Assembly (NCBI GenBank): GCA_050613775.1
Contig: JBODTK010000012.1
Location: 310,001-374,000, forward strand
Source of the DNA: Neocallimastix sp. 'constans'
Lineage: Eukaryota
Length of the DNA stretch: 64,000 bases
Direction of reading: 5' to 3'
The stretch's first letter is position 1; each line of letters starts with the position of its first letter. The notes beneath the pieces were generated by a model that was given only the letters and a program-made list of their open reading frames with translations, was not told the DNA's origin and did not search any database. Of this stretch, positions 13,742 through 27,880 are shown in pieces. The position numbers and the translations under genes are program-made.

Positions 13742-14950
13742 TTTTTTTTTTTTTTTTTTTTTTTATTTTATTTTATTTTATCTTTTTATTTATATTTTAT
13801 AAATTAATTTTTACAAATCATTTTAGTTGAAATGGTATGAATAACTTTTTTTTTTTTTTTTATAATATTTTATTTTATTTTATTTTATTATTATTATTAT
13901 TATTATTTATTTTAATTATTTTATTTATCAAAAATAAAATAATTATACTTATATATATAAATAAATAATTTTTTTTTTTTTTTTTTTTTTTAAAAAAAAA
14001 TGCTATTTTTTTACTATTTTAATGATTATTTATACATATATTATACATACATACATATAAATATATTTACTTTTTTTTTTTTTTTTTTGATGTTGTTGTT
14101 TGTTATTGTTGTTATTACTTTTAATGAATAAAACTTTTTTTTTTTTTTTTATTTTTACTTTTACTTAAAGTTCTAATATTATTATCTAAAAAAAAAAATT
14201 ACTTTTTTCTGTTTTTTTTTTTTTTTTTTTTTTAATTATTTTTATAAATGCATAAATAATAAATATATATATTTTTTGTTAAATAAATAAATTGATATTA
14301 TTACTTTAAATTAAAATAAAAACTAAGTATGGGATTTTTTTTTATATTCTTTTTTTCTAATAAATTAAATATTATTATAAATTTTTTTTTTTTAAATAAT
14401 TATTTAATGAATGACTATATTTTGTTTTGTTTTTTAAATAATAATTCATCAATAAATTTGGTTAATTTATTGATGAATTGGTAATTTATTCTATTTATTT
14501 ATGAATATATATATATATATATATTTCTTTTAATGGTTGTTTTATTATTGTTATGTTTTGATAATTAATGGATTTATATGAAAATAAATTTGAAAAGAAA
14601 AAAAAAATTTTTTTAATATGAAATTTTTATTCATTGATTATTATTATTTTTTTATCTTTACTTGATTTTGATTTAGTTTGACTTTTAATTTATTTATAGA
14701 TATTCATTATATTCTTTAGGAGAGAAAAAAAAAGAAAAAAGAAAAAAAAAAAAAAAGAAATAATATATATATAATTAAATATTATTAAAATATATATATA
14801 TATATATTAATAATAATAAAAATAAAATGTTAATAAAAATTATCTTATTAAATATATATATAAAGTATGATATTATTATCGCTATAACTAATTTTACTAT
14901 AATTTATTTATTTATTATCACTTTTTATTTTTATTTTTATTTTTTATTTT

Positions 14951-14962
14951 TTATAATAAAAT

Positions 14963-14997
<35 letters not shown>

Positions 14998-16036
14998 TAC
15001 TTACTTCATATGAGAATTCTTTGAATTGGGCATCTTTCAATGAACCATCGCTAATTTGACTACTCCTTATGGGTAGTGATCTTTTATTTAATAGATTAGA
15101 AGCAGAAGCATAGGCCTCATGAATATAAGAGGTACTTTCATTGGCACTTCCACTAATTTTTCCTCGTGAAGTAATTTCAGCTATTCTATTAGCGTTAAAA
15201 TTAACCTCAAATTTAAATAAAAGGACATCCACTCCTAAAATGAGTTGAAATGCCACTTTAAAAAAACGAAAAGTTTTATCAATATTGGAAGGAAATATTC
15301 TATTAAAATAGGAATTCTTTTTAAGGAAAAATAGAACTGAAATCATAAAACTAACAAAATCTACTGCAAGAATGACAATATAACTTGAACGTTTAATGTA
15401 GTGATGAAAGCTCAACGCCTTCTCCTCCACACTTTTATTATAAACTCGTACAAAATAAATGATAAAAATAGAACAAATGAAGTCAGCCAATGCCATAATA
15501 CCAAAAGTAATTCCGTGTAAGGTATCCAATAATTCACTTGATAGATAACCGTTGATACCTCGTTCATAACCAATAAAGATTCTTACAATAGCAAATGCTG
15601 AAAACATAATATAAATAATATATTCTATAACGATGACGGCTTTTCCATTCGCATAAGCCTTCATTTTTATTAAATTTAGATAAGGAATAGAATATTCTGT
15701 TATTATCCAGAAAATTTCATTTATGAAAAAGGAATACACAAACATATATTTAGTATTTTCATTTCCATCTCTACAGAGATAACTAATAGTTGAATTTTCT
15801 ATGATACAACCTAGTAGTCCTGATATTGAAGTATAAAATAAAATTTTCCAATATTTTCCATTTCCAGAATTGATATACATAAGGGCCATTAATATAAATT
15901 GTAATAAATACATATTAAAAGAAGAATTATCACATAATCGACTAACCAGTAGTTCAAATAATGAACCTTTTATTGTACAGGTCTTATGAATAGGATCATA
16001 TCTTTCCAATTGATATAACGTTGGGTCATCGGACAT
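14951..16036 (-). CDS. Orphan seven-transmembrane (GPCR-like) protein
   Basis: ORF of ~360 aa from the first ATG at 16036 (the track start at 16069 is TTG). It has seven hydrophobic segments (FNMYLLQFILMALMYI; KILFYTSISGLLGCII; MFVYSFFINEIFWII; AVIVIEYIIYIMFSAFAIV; GITFGIMALADFICSIFIIYFV; YIVILAVDFVSFMISVLFFL; FFKVAFQLILGVDVLLF) and a Ser-rich tail. A likely GTAAGT donor at 15004 means the true C-terminus probably differs. Confidence 0.75.
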
Positions 16037-16766
16037 TATGATGAGGTCTATTGTATTATTATAAATCAATTTATTATTATTTTGTTTTTAATAGATGTTT
16101 TTTTTTTTTTTTTCTTTTTCTTTTTGAATTTAAAAAAAAAATGGCTGTATTATTATAATTATAATTATTGTAAAAAAAAAATAATAATAATAAATAAGCA
16201 AGCAATTTTTTTTTTTTTTTTTTTTTTTTCTATTATTCTTATTCTTAAAAAATTCCTTTTTTCTTAATGTAGGATTTTATTATTTAAATTAAGAGTCATA
16301 CTTGATTAATAGGTTTTTTTTTTTTTTTTTTTTTCTAATAAAAGTTATAGAAAAAAAAAAAAAAAACAATAATTTATACTATTATTATTTTTTTATTCTT
16401 TGATTTAAAAGTTGTTTTTTATTATATTTATAATATCTCATTTAATATTTAAAAAATTCAATAATAATTATATTAATATAATGGTATATATATATATATA
16501 TTTTTTTTTCAAGATTTCTAAAAAGCAATATATTTATTATTTGATAGTTTTTTTTTTTTTTATTTTTTTAATTTATAATTTTTATTAGCTTGTATATAAA
16601 TATTTAAATATATTCTACTTTTATTTTTAATTCATTTGAAATACTAAAATTACATTATATTATGGATATTATTATTTTATAAATCATTATTATGGTATAA
16701 TAATATATATAATTATTAATTATGCCTTTTTTTTTTTTTTTTTTTTTTTGAGATTATATATATATT

Positions 16767-16801
<35 letters not shown>

Positions 16802-17479
16802 AATTTTGAAGTTTTTTTCTTTATATTTTTAAACTTTTATTTTTTAATTTTTCATTTATTTATTTTTTATAGTTTTTCATTTTTTTTCTTATGTTGTATA
16901 TATTAATTAATTAAATATTAATTAATTAACGATTTGAATGACAAATTAATAACTAAATACAAAATATTAAATAATTAAAATAATTAAATAATTGAATAAT
17001 GGAATAATAAATAATAAATAATAAAAAAAAGTATTTATTAATAAATAATAAATAATGGAATAATAAAAAGAGTATTTATTAATAAATAATAAATAATAAA
17101 TAATAAAAAAGAAGTATTTATTAATAAATAATAAAAAGAGTATTTATTAATAAATAATAAAAAGAAGTATTTATTAATAAATAATAAAAAGAGTATTTAT
17201 TAATTAATAATTGAATAAGTATTTATTAATTAATAATTGAATAATTGAATAATAAATTATATGATTTATATAAAAAAAAAATTTTTTTAATGTTATTTCT
17301 ATATTTGTATATATTTATTATACACAACAACTTATTACATATGCTCATAAACGATGATTATGGAACTTGAAACAACTTCATACAATCATATAACAATAAG
17401 ATTATGATACAGAGACATTATAAATGTATATTAGGAATGTTAATCACTATTCACACAAATACAGAAAAGTAGTATAGAA

Positions 17480-17700
17480 TATTATTATATTTGGTAAATA
17501 CAGGTTCATCTCACTCTTTTGTACATGATGATAATTTTCATATTTCATATACAGATTCATCTCACTCTTTTGTACATGATGATAATTTTCATATTTCATA
17601 TACAGGTTCATATTAACTCTCTCTCTCAACCCGTAATACTACTCATGGGCATATCCATTTCAATTAACACATTCATAAAAAAAAAAAAAACTCATCCCAT
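17480..17700 (+). mobile_element. Retropepsin (Ty3/gypsy-type aspartic protease) relic with a 51-bp tandem duplication
   Basis: TTG GTA AAT ACA GGT TCA TCT CAC TCT TTT GTA at 17491 encodes LVNTGSSHSFV (compare LVDTGASHSF, catalytic D changed to N). The 51-bp unit occurs at 17498 and 17549, and partially at 17600. Confidence 0.5.
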
Positions 17701-18545
17701 TTACATCAATGTTAAAATATTTCTTTGTATATTTATTAGAGTTGGTGGTGTATCGATGAATGTGTCACGTCACTCTTTTTGAACATGTTCATATATTTTA
17801 TATTTAACTTTTCAATTTTTTTATAGAAATTTATATATTTAAATTTATATATATTATTTTTTATATTGTCTAAGTTCTCAATTTTATATTTATTTAAATT
17901 TATTTTATATTTATTTTATATTTATTTTATATTTATTTTATATTTATTTTATATTTATTTTATATTTATTTTATATTTATTATATATTTATTTTATATTT
18001 ATTTTATATTTATTCCTATTTATTATATATTTATTATATATTTATTTAAATTTAATTTAATTTTTTTTTCTTTACTATTAAATATTTGAAACATTTATTA
18101 TAATAATTAAGGTTATTATTTATTAATTTATTAGTTCATTAATTATTCATTCATTTAAAATGATTATATCATTTATCTATTTAATTAATAATATATTTGT
18201 ATACTAAATAAATAATTAAATAATAAATAATAAATAATAAATAATAAAGAATAAAAAGAGTATTTATTAATAAATAATAAATAAATAATAAATAATTGAA
18301 TAATAAATAATAAATAATAAATAATAAAAAGAATTAAAATGATATTTATTAATAAATAATAAAAAGAGTATTTATTAATAAATAATAAAAAGAATATTTA
18401 TTAATAATAAATAATTGAATAATATATAAAATAAATTATAAAAATTAAAAAATAAATTTTTTTTTTATTTGGTACAACTTTAAATGTGTTCGTTCATTGG
18501 TTGAGAGGTTTATGCTGATTTTGAAAAATTTACCGTAACTAAAAA

Positions 18546-18670
18546 TAGTCAATAATAAAAGAGTCATAAATAGTCAATAATAAAAGAGTCAATAATAAAA
18601 TAGTCAATAATAAAATAGTCAATAATAAAATAGTCAATAATAAAAGAGTCAATAATAAAAGAGTCAGAAA
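18546..18670. repeat. 15-bp minisatellite (T/G)AGTCAATAATAAAA
   Basis: About 7-8 tandem copies are visible. Confidence 0.9.
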
Positions 18671-19489
18671 TAAAAATAACTAAAATAGTTAAAAAAAAAA
18701 AAAAAAAAAAGGAGAAAAAAAAAAATTTGTTTTTTTTGGTTGATTAAATAAAACTTCAATGAATTTTTTAATTCATTCTAAAATGAAAAAAAAAAAAAAT
18801 TTTAAATTTTTTTTTTTTAATTTTTAGTTCATTAATTAATAAATTTCAACACTCATCTATTTAAAGCCACATCACTCATTTCATACTGATTTCATACTGA
18901 TTTCAGTTTATTTCAGTTTATTTCAGTTTAGTTTTTTTTTTTCTTAATTTAACTAATAATAAATAATTGAATATTAAATAATAAATAATAAATAATTAAA
19001 TAATAAATATATAAAAAAAAAAAAAAGTATTTATTATTTATTAATAAATAATAAATAATAAAATAAATAATTGAATATAGATTTATAATGAATATATTTA
19101 TTTCATTAATATAATAATATTATATGTATATATATATTTTTTTATATTTTTTTTATATTATATATTACATTATATTACATTTAATATATAATATATAATA
19201 TATATTATTTATTATATATTATATACTATGTATATATATTATATATTACTTTTTATATATTTTATATATTATATTATATATTACATTTGATATTATATTA
19301 TTTGGTGTTACAATATATTATATGTAATCCTATTTATATATATTGTATTCTATGGTATTATATATAATTGAATGTATTTTATTATATGGTATTTATATAT
19401 TTTATATATTTTAATATATTATAATGTATTATAAGTGTTCACATGGTAAAAATAAATTTTTTTTATGAATTTTTTTTTTTTTTTTTGAA

Positions 19490-19910
19490 ACTGGGATTAA
19501 TGAATGAGGGGAGGGGAAGAGGAGGACAGTCCTCTCCAGTCTCTCCCATAAAGATAGCAGACACTCCATTGGATTCTATGTTCTTTGCCATATTGTTTTG
19601 TTTTGGGGTGGACATGAAAAACCTCTCTCTTAGCAAGATTAATATGAAAAGTATTAGCCACTTTATAGGACAGACAGACAGACTTTTTCAAGTGATCTCT
19701 TTTAAGTATCATCACTAAGAATAACTAACTACACTAATCCTAAAATAGATCAACTGCTCTCTTCATTAGCAATTGTAGCGTCTAGCTAATGGGATTTTTT
19801 TTCACCATGGGGAGCAACCATCTAACTTTATTTATAAGAAAAAACACCCTGGAAGGATAAAAATCACCCCATATAAATTTAGGAGGTAGTTGCAGAATCT
19901 TAGGTGTCAT
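19490..19910 (-). mobile_element. Possible Ty3/gypsy RT-connector/RNase H relic
   Basis: GC-richer island. Minus-strand fragments in the expected order: MTPKILQLP (compare TAPVLxLP), NPIS (compare xPIAY), TFHINL (compare TDHxNL), RIQW..YL. Confidence 0.35.
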
Positions 19911-20344
19911 AAAACAATACAAAAAATAAATAAATAAATAAATAATTGAATAAATAAATTAATGAATAAATAAATATTTTATTATTATTATTATTTTAAT
20001 ATTATTATTTTTTTTCTCATTATTTATTAAAAATAGAGAAAAAAAAAAAAGAAGGAACAAAATAAATTAAAAAAAAAATATTAAATTATTTAATACTATT
20101 TATTCTTATATTCATAATAAATAAATAAATTAATAAATAAATTAATAAATAAAATAAATAAATAAAACAATATTTTCAATTAACAAAAATAAAAATAAAA
20201 ATTAGATTAAGCTATTATTCTATTATTCTATTATATTTTATTTATTCTATTATCTATGATATATATTATATATTATCTATTAGATTAGATATACAATAAA
20301 ATATAAAAAATAAAATTAATATATATAATGAATAATTATCTATT

Positions 20345-20468
20345 ATTCATTATGATATAATTATTCATTATGATATAATTATTCATTATGATATAATTAT
20401 TCATTATTATATAATTATTTATTATGATATAATTATTTATTATGATATAATTATTTATTATGATATAA
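20345..20468. repeat. 18-bp minisatellite ATTATT(C/T)ATTATGATATA
   Basis: About 7 tandem copies. Confidence 0.85.
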
Positions 20469-22970
20469 TAAATAATTATAAAACATATAAAATTAAATTT
20501 TGTAAATTTTTAAATTTAACCAATAGAATGAATTTTAATAAAATTGGAAATATCGATTGAAACAATAGCATCCTTGATTAAAAATTAAATCTAACCTATT
20601 ATTTTGTATAAATTTTAATTTTAATAATTATTTAATTGTAAGGGTCGACTTCTATTGGTTTCCTATTTTTATTATTAGAGAGCATTTATTTATCTATATA
20701 TTCACTTATTCATTTATTTATTTATTTATATTAGTAATATTATCTATATTATTTATTTACTTATTTATTTATTTATTTAATTTATTAACCAATTAGTTTT
20801 ATTTTTTTTAATTTAAAAAAAAGTTAATATAAATAGTTTGAATATACAATTGCATCATATATTATAATACACTTATAAAATATATCTACTAAATTAAAAA
20901 TACAAAATAAATAATTAAAAAATTCTAAATAATAAAGTTTAAATGATATAAATTAAAGTTTAATTTATATTTAATATAAACTTTATTTTATATCAAAAGT
21001 AAAGTTAAAATGATATAAATTAAAATTTAAAAAATTTTAAAGAAAACATTTTATTGGTTGAAAAATTTTATTTTATCCAAAATATAAATTAAAAAAAAAT
21101 TTTTTTTTATATTTAAAAAATTTTTATTTGTGAATTACATTTTTTTTTTCTTTTTATTTATTTTATATTTTATTTTTATATATTTTATTTTATTTTATTT
21201 TATATATTTTATTTTATATATTTTATTTTATATATATTTTATATTTTATTTTATATATTTTATTTTATATATTTTGAATTTTAATTTTTTAATAGTCGTT
21301 TTGTATATTTTTTAATTAGAAGGTAAAAAGAATGAAAAGATTTAAAAAAAAAAAAAAAAAAAAGCATTTATTTTCTATTTAGAATAAAAAAATTTAAAAT
21401 TAAAATAAAATAAAATTTGACATTTTTAATTTAAAAAAATAAATAAATAAATAAATAATATTTAAATAAATAAAAATTATTAAATAAAAAATTAAATAGA
21501 AGATATATTAAAAAAATTAATAATAATAATAATAATAATTAAAATTTGTTTAATAAAACTAGGATCATAATTATAATAAATTAGGTTGATAATAAATAAA
21601 TAATTGAATAGATGAATAAATAATTAAATAAGTAATTAATTAATTAATTGAATAGATGAATATAGAATTAAATAATTAATTAATTAATTAATTGAATAGA
21701 TGAATATAGAATTAAATAATTAATTAATTAATTAATTAATTGAATAGATGAATATAGAATTAAATAAATGAGTATAGAATTAATAAAAAAAAAAAAAATT
21801 TAATAAAGATTTTAATTAAATTAAATTTAGGTTGATCATAAATAAAAAATAAATCAAATCTTTATAATTAGGATGAAAATTTCAATTAATTAGGTTGATA
21901 ATCAATAAAAAAATAAATCAAATCTTTATAATTAGGTTGTTAATTTCAATTAATTAGGTTGATAATCAATATAAATAATGAAGGATTCATAGAAAATAGA
22001 AAAAGAAAAAAAAAAATTTTTTTTTTTTATTAAAATATATAATAACCTCATGGAATAAAAAAAAAAAAATAAAAATAAAAAAGATAAGAACAATTAAGAA
22101 TTCTTAAATTTTTTTTTTTTTTTTTTTTTATTTATATATATATATATTTTGATATGTCTCAATATTATTTAAATTAATAATATAATTAATAATATAATAT
22201 ATAAATAATAAATATAAATATTTTATTAATTATGTTGGATAGTTTTAATAAGTAGGATTAAAATATACAATTAAATAAATGAAATTTCTTTTTCTTTTTC
22301 TTTTTTTTTCTCATATTAATTTCTTTTTTTATACATAATAGATAATATTTATATTATATATAAAAAGATTTTATCTATCATTATTTTATTGAACTTATTA
22401 TATTATATTTTATCCTATACTCTAAATTACTTAATATATATAATGATTTTTTTTTCCCATTTTAATATAGTATATTTTATTATTAAAAAATAAAATAAAA
22501 TAAAATAAAATAAAAGTAATGATAATAATAAAAATAGGTGAATGGGTGAAAAATAGGATGGAATAAAATAGGAATGAAAAAGAGTTATTTCTTTCTCGTT
22601 TTTTTTTTTTTTTTTTTTTTTTTAGGGATGATGAAACTTTTTTTTTTTTTTTTTTTTTCTCTTATATTGTTATTTTTATTGTTTCAGTAGTATAATAATA
22701 CCATCTGTTAGAATTTTTTTTTTTTTTTCATTATTGTTAATTGAAAAAGTATCATTTTTTATTACTATAATTTTAAAAGTGTAATAGTGGGACTATCTGT
22801 ACTTGGAATTGATTGATTTATTATTTTTTTTTTTTTTTTATTGATGCTATTGTTTTAGTAGTAGTGAAGTAGTACTATCTATAGTAGGGATGGGAATGAT
22901 AGATCTTTATATATATATATATATATTATATTTTATTTTTTTATTATTTTTATATTTATTATTTTTATTA

Positions 22971-23047
<77 letters not shown>

Positions 23048-23534
23048 GTACATTAATTTCAAGATTTATGTATAAAAAAATTATAGTTAATATATATATT
23101 ATAAATCAGGTTATTAATTGATTTATCACTAATTATCAGTTGATAATAACTTTATATAATCCATTATATATATAATGTACATCATAGAGTAGAGATGTTA
23201 AAAAAGTTTCATAGTTTATGATGGTCATTACAATATTAGAGTATTAAATATAAGATATTTTGAGATGAAAAAAAAAAAATAAAGTAATAAATAAAATATT
23301 AAATAAATTAATAAATATTATAATAAATATTATAAAATAATATATTATTAAATAATATATTATAAGATAAATTAATTAGACATTAACTTTGGAGGGTCAT
23401 CCTGAGGAACTGCTGAAGGTGATGGTTTACTCTGGCTTACTTTATCGATGGTAACAGTGTGAGTTCCCTCCAGATCTCGTCTCTCCTTACTTTTCTTTCA
23501 CTCATAAGAAGCTACCACCACACCAACAATGCAA

Positions 23535-23565
<31 letters not shown>

Positions 23566-23705
23566 CTTATTATATTAAAAACTTATATAAAGATAAAGAA
23601 CTTCTCATTCATGTTCATATATTTAGTAAAAAATTGAATATTTTATAAAGTTAGGTAAAAATAAAATAAAAATCCTTCTCAAACAGAACCAAACCAAATC
23701 TATTG

Positions 23706-23742
<37 letters not shown>

Positions 23743-23962
23743 GAGTTCAAAAGAAATAAAAAAAAAAAAATTTTTTTTTTTTTTTTTCAATTCTATACTC
23801 TATGATTCTATATTTCAACAAATTTCTTAAACTGAAATTTATTTCCTTCCTAAGAAGGAGGGGGAAGATTAAAGGAATTTCTATCTCTATCTCTATGCCT
23901 ATCGGTCACTTTCTATTTTTTTTTTTCATACTCTTTCATTTTTCAAATGATAAAATAAAAAT

Positions 23963-24006
<44 letters not shown>

Positions 24007-24379
24007 TAAAAATAAGAAAAAATAAGTTATTAAACAATAAATAAATATTTAATAAAATTTTCATTTAACTTTTTTTTTTTTTTTTTTTTTTTTGATTTAT
24101 CAAAGTGATTCTTTCCTGACATTTCTTATCTTTTGTTGAAATATTAAAAAAAAAAAAAAAAAAAAAGAAAAAAAAATTTAACGCTGAAAAAAAAATATAT
24201 ATATTTTATTATTTTATTTATTCATTATAAGCATTATATATATTTATTATTACTATCATTAATATTATTATTTTTAGTATATATTCTTATATTTTGTTAT
24301 TATTAATGTTATATTTTATTCAAATAGTATTTATAACTTTATGATCTATTTTTTTTTTTTTTTTTTTTTTTGAATGTAC

Positions 24380-24786
24380 TATTTTAATAAAATTTATTTA
24401 AATTAAAAATTTCATTGAAAAATTATTGAATTCTTTTTTTCTTTAAATTTAAGTTTTTTCCGGGCTATCTTGACATCCCATTTCTTCAAGGATGGAGTCC
24501 CTTACATTCATGAGCATAGTATTGTGAGTAAACCTAGGCGAGGAGATAAGCCACTGCAAAAAAAAAAAAAAAGAAAGGAAAGTCTTAGTAAATTTCATGC
24601 TTTCCTAAGAGCTGATTCCAACACACAAACAAACAAACCTCATCATTCCATTGGTTAAAGGAAGGAAGAAAAAGTTTAGAGACCCCTTAAAAACCAAATC
24701 GTCGTCGCACTACCCTTCAACTCTTAACTCATAACTCTGACATTGAAGTTGAAATGGGGGCGAGAAAAAAATAAAACTTTGGCTTG

Positions 24787-24829
<43 letters not shown>

Positions 24830-24855
24830 CATGGAACGGATCCTCAAGTTCAAAC

Positions 24856-24887
<32 letters not shown>

Positions 24888-25234
24888 GAAGACCATAAGA
24901 AAAAAAAATTACTGGCAACTGACTGCTAAATACTATAATGCAATAATGATAAACTATTTCCCTATACCTTTCATACCTTTTTTTTTTTTTTTTTTTACCT
25001 TTGAACGTTTTGAGTAGAGAATGTTCAGGTGGAAATATGGAATACCTTCAATATCATCATTATCATCATTATCATCATCTTCATAAGTGAATCCGATGAC
25101 TATTAAATAAAGTTTTACGTCTTCATTCTTTCAATTACCCTCCCACCTTACCTTTAGGGAAGGGTAGCAATGAAATTGACAAAGTGGTTAAAAATAAAAA
25201 GGATTGGAAGAACATCGATGGTACATGAATTTAG

Positions 25235-25267
<33 letters not shown>

Positions 25268-25410
25268 ATTTCACCATAAATTTTGAGATGGATAGAATAC
25301 TATAATATAATATAATAATACCAAAAAAAAATTTTTTTCACGGACAGATGAAGAACAACCTTCTGGGTTTAATATTTAATATTTAATATTTAATATTTAA
25401 TATTTAATAT

Positions 25411-25442
<32 letters not shown>

Positions 25443-25643
25443 CTAAAAATGGTAGAATGAATGATGGCAGCCACAATAATACTGAAAAGTCGTCCGTCCT
25501 AAGTTGATAGTGTAAGATGAAAGAGTACCCTCTGATCTTTGAGCAGGGAGTAACTTCGGAAATATATAAGTTGGACATAGGAACATTGGAACACCATTAC
25601 AATCAATAGAAAGATCAGTAATGATAGAGACGACCAACAGCAA
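24380..25643 (-). pseudogene. Inverted, slippage-eroded pseudogene of the adjacent sugar transporter
   Basis: The minus strand is colinear with the transporter CDS from TTGCTGTTGGTCGTCT (IAVGR) to ACTAATATTAAA.CCAGAAGG (TNIKPEG). After a deletion it matches GSSSVGE, ATTTATGGTGAAATTGG, GTTCCATGGGTTT, AAGGGTAGTGC and GAATGTAAGGGACTC..CTTGAAGAAATGG, then the stop (~24449) and ~70 nt of 3' flank. Confidence 0.92.
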
Positions 25644-25891
25644 AAAATAAATGATAAAAAAAAGTATGATTTATTTATTTTTATTTTTAATAATAATAAT
25701 AATTATTATTATATATTAATTTTTTTTTTAAATGGTTCATTTCTTATTATTTCTATTATTAGTTTTCTAATTAATTATAAATCATCTTCAATAGATAACT
25801 TTATTATTAATTTATTATATATAATCATCAGAATATAAACTTAAATATATATAGAATTTTATTTTATTTTATTTTTTTTTTTTTTTTTTTT

Positions 25892-26385
25892 TGATATAAA
25901 TTTTTAAAGTTTTAATGCTAAATTTTTTTTTTTAATAAAAAGATACCTTTTTTATTAATGGTATTATAATTACACACAATTAGAGAGTATAAATCAAAAA
26001 GAGTCACACAAACGCCCTCTAAAATGATTTCGTCATTCAATAAATGCATTTGTTCAAAAATTATACCCTTGATTACAAGGCCAATCAGGCCCTTATTACT
26101 TAGGTATCAAATTATACTTCTCTACATAATAATATAAAATAATTGATAAACTAGAACTAAAATAATATATATAAACTTTTTAATTATTATTCTTAACATT
26201 TTCCCTCCCCTCCTCCCTCCCTTCAAAGTTTAATATTCTATATTAAAACATTGTTCAATATGTCATGTCTAAAAGTATTTGTCTTCCATGTGTGTTGTTT
26301 AGATATTTAGTAAAAAAATTTCGTTTTTCTAGGTTGTCTTGTTGGGATTTTTATATATACTTAGAGAGTTCTATTTCTCCTTTTT

Positions 26386-26431
<46 letters not shown>

Positions 26432-27158
26432 TAAATCTCTTATAGGATGGTAATTTTTTTTTCTCTAACTAAATCTCTTATAGGATGGTAATTTTTTTTT
26501 CTCTAACTAAATCTCTTATAGGATGGTAATTTTTTTTTCTAATTAAATCTCATATATGATGGTATTTTTTTTTTTTTTTTTTGATATCTATGGTCTTTGA
26601 TTTTTTTGGATTGATTGTTCCATTCTTGCAACTAGAGAGGGTCCCGTTTTGGTTTGGTTATTCTGTATTTGATCATTCTATCTTAGGGTTTGATATTACG
26701 ATTCATTGCTTTAACCGCATGATTCTTCTACCATCAACAAAAGTTTATTAGCTCCTTCAATTTTTTATGGCAGGGTATTCACTTTCTTGCAGTTGATGTT
26801 GATTTGGAATTTCTCTTTTTAAAGAAATTTTTTTTTTTTTTTTGTTCCTTGTGATTTTCTTCTTCAGTTTCTGCTTTCATAATTAATTAAAAAAAGAATA
26901 TAAATTATATTTTAGTATATCCTATTTTTTTTTTATTTTTTTTTATTAATTAAATATTTTCCTTTTTATTCATAATTTTTCACATCCTTTTGGGTAGATG
27001 TCTTAATTTAATTGTATTTTGTATTTTTTTGCTGACAATAGCTGATTATTATTTCTCAATGAAATCATATTTCAAGGTAGGTGAGAATGTCTCTTTTAAT
27101 AAGTCTACCCCTAAAACTTTTGTGTGTGTAAACTCCTCTCGCGGCGAAGCGAAGCATG

Positions 27159-27202
<44 letters not shown>

Positions 27203-27880
27203 CATTTCCTTCAGAATCATGCTTATATTTTAAAATACCCATCGTGGTGTTAGTTAATTTTATAGTTATTTCTTCTGATTAAAATAACTTCTGTGGACTT
27301 AATATTTATATATTTAGTATTTCTGGAATTTTGATTGTCAACTAAATATCTTATAATTATTGCTAAATTTTTATTATCATCTCTCTCTTTATTTTTAACT
27401 TTTTGTAATAAATGAACAATACTGGTGGATGATACACTATCATAGAATGATGGGTTTAACTCGTTAGATGATGTGTCGCTATTCTTTATACTGTAATTTT
27501 CCCATCATTGTATGGTGATTTTGTTATATAATCGTTTTATATTAATAGGTGTTTTTTTTTTGTTGTAAATAAAAATGGTTAAATCAACGGAGACTCGTAA
27601 TCTTTAAAATTTTAATGATAAATTTTATTAATAAAAGACACCATTTTATTAATGGTAATATTATTATACGCAATTATATAGTATAAATCAAATATAGTAA
27701 CACTAGTGCTATAAAACAATTCGCAATACATGAAATGCATTTCATCATTTGTTGAAATTATACGTTTGATTACAAAGTTATTCAAGCCTTATTACATATG
27801 TATTAAATTATACATGTACATATTATATAATTAATTTATAACTACACTAAATATTAAACTTTTAATTTTTATTCTTAACA
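25892..27880 (-). mobile_element. Internally deleted Ty3/gypsy LTR retrotransposon relic
   Basis: Two diverged ~290-bp direct repeats (~25892-26198 and ~27600-27880), both starting TGTTAAGAAT on the minus strand. A PPT (GGGAGGGAGGAGGGGAGGGAAAA, 26221-26199) abuts the 3' LTR. Internal fragments are VLGVDLLK (protease-like) and DIK..IPSYMR..HPI (integrase C-terminus-like). Confidence 0.7.
26428..26565. repeat. ~37-bp tandem repeat x4 inside the LTR relic
   Basis: TAACTAAATCTCTTATAGGATGGTAATTTTTTTT x3 plus one variant. Confidence 0.9.

Noticed and set aside
1935..24000. Numerous 60-90 aa F/I/L/Y/K-rich ORFs
   Set aside because: They are low-complexity translations of AT-rich or homopolymer DNA, often with non-ATG starts.
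25390..25643. Two short minus-strand ORFs as independent genes
   Set aside because: They are frameshifted pieces of the transporter pseudogene.
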